A model generated the notes under the pieces. The model was not told the origin of the DNA and ran no database searches. It was given only the letters and a program-made list of their open reading frames with translations. Below, one piece after another: positions 63,965-64,000 of a DNA stretch of 64,000 nt (within the stretch, counting starts at the first letter, position 1; each line of letters begins with the position of its first letter). The position numbers and the translations under genes are program-made. This DNA is from Phoronis australis (lineage: Eukaryota > Animalia > Phoronida), in NCBI GenBank assembly GCA_002633005.1, contig NMRA01000088.1, positions 917,233-981,232 of the forward strand, read 5' to 3'.

Positions 63965-64000
63965 GGTGGTGGTGGTGGGGGTGGTGGTGGTGGTGGTGGT
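63965..64000 (+). repeat. (GGT)n microsatellite running off the window edge
   Basis: Read directly. Confidence 0.9.

Overview
This is AT-rich, intron-rich metazoan genomic DNA, probably from a non-arthropod invertebrate bilaterian (inferred). The window lies inside one minus-strand gene, the multi-PDZ scaffold MPDZ/MUPP1-PATJ orthologue. I reconstructed 16 GT-AG exons with mutually consistent phases (39523 down to 395). They encode the C-terminal half of PDZ1, PDZ2-PDZ5, a ~500-aa disordered linker and most of PDZ6. The L27/PDZ1 N-terminal exons and everything after PDZ6 lie outside the window, and I found no confident exon in 39.5-64 kb. The introns hold DNA-transposon relics (a TTAA-flanked Kolobok-type element, a frameshifted THAP pseudogene, Tc1/mariner-type MITEs, a 430-bp foldback with a CAGTG duplication), a tRNA-derived SINE, minisatellites, and a 1.5-kb duplication across an N that is probably an assembly artefact. 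The most interesting observations are four: two frame-preserving candidate cassette exons (one would split the PDZ6 ligand-binding loop), a templated copy of an exon acceptor pasted 4.3 kb away between 13-bp direct repeats, an ~80-bp palindromic MITE found only next to exons, and a hairpin made of two divergent CTCF-like motifs. I did not find a clearly new biological system, and all functional claims here are hypotheses.
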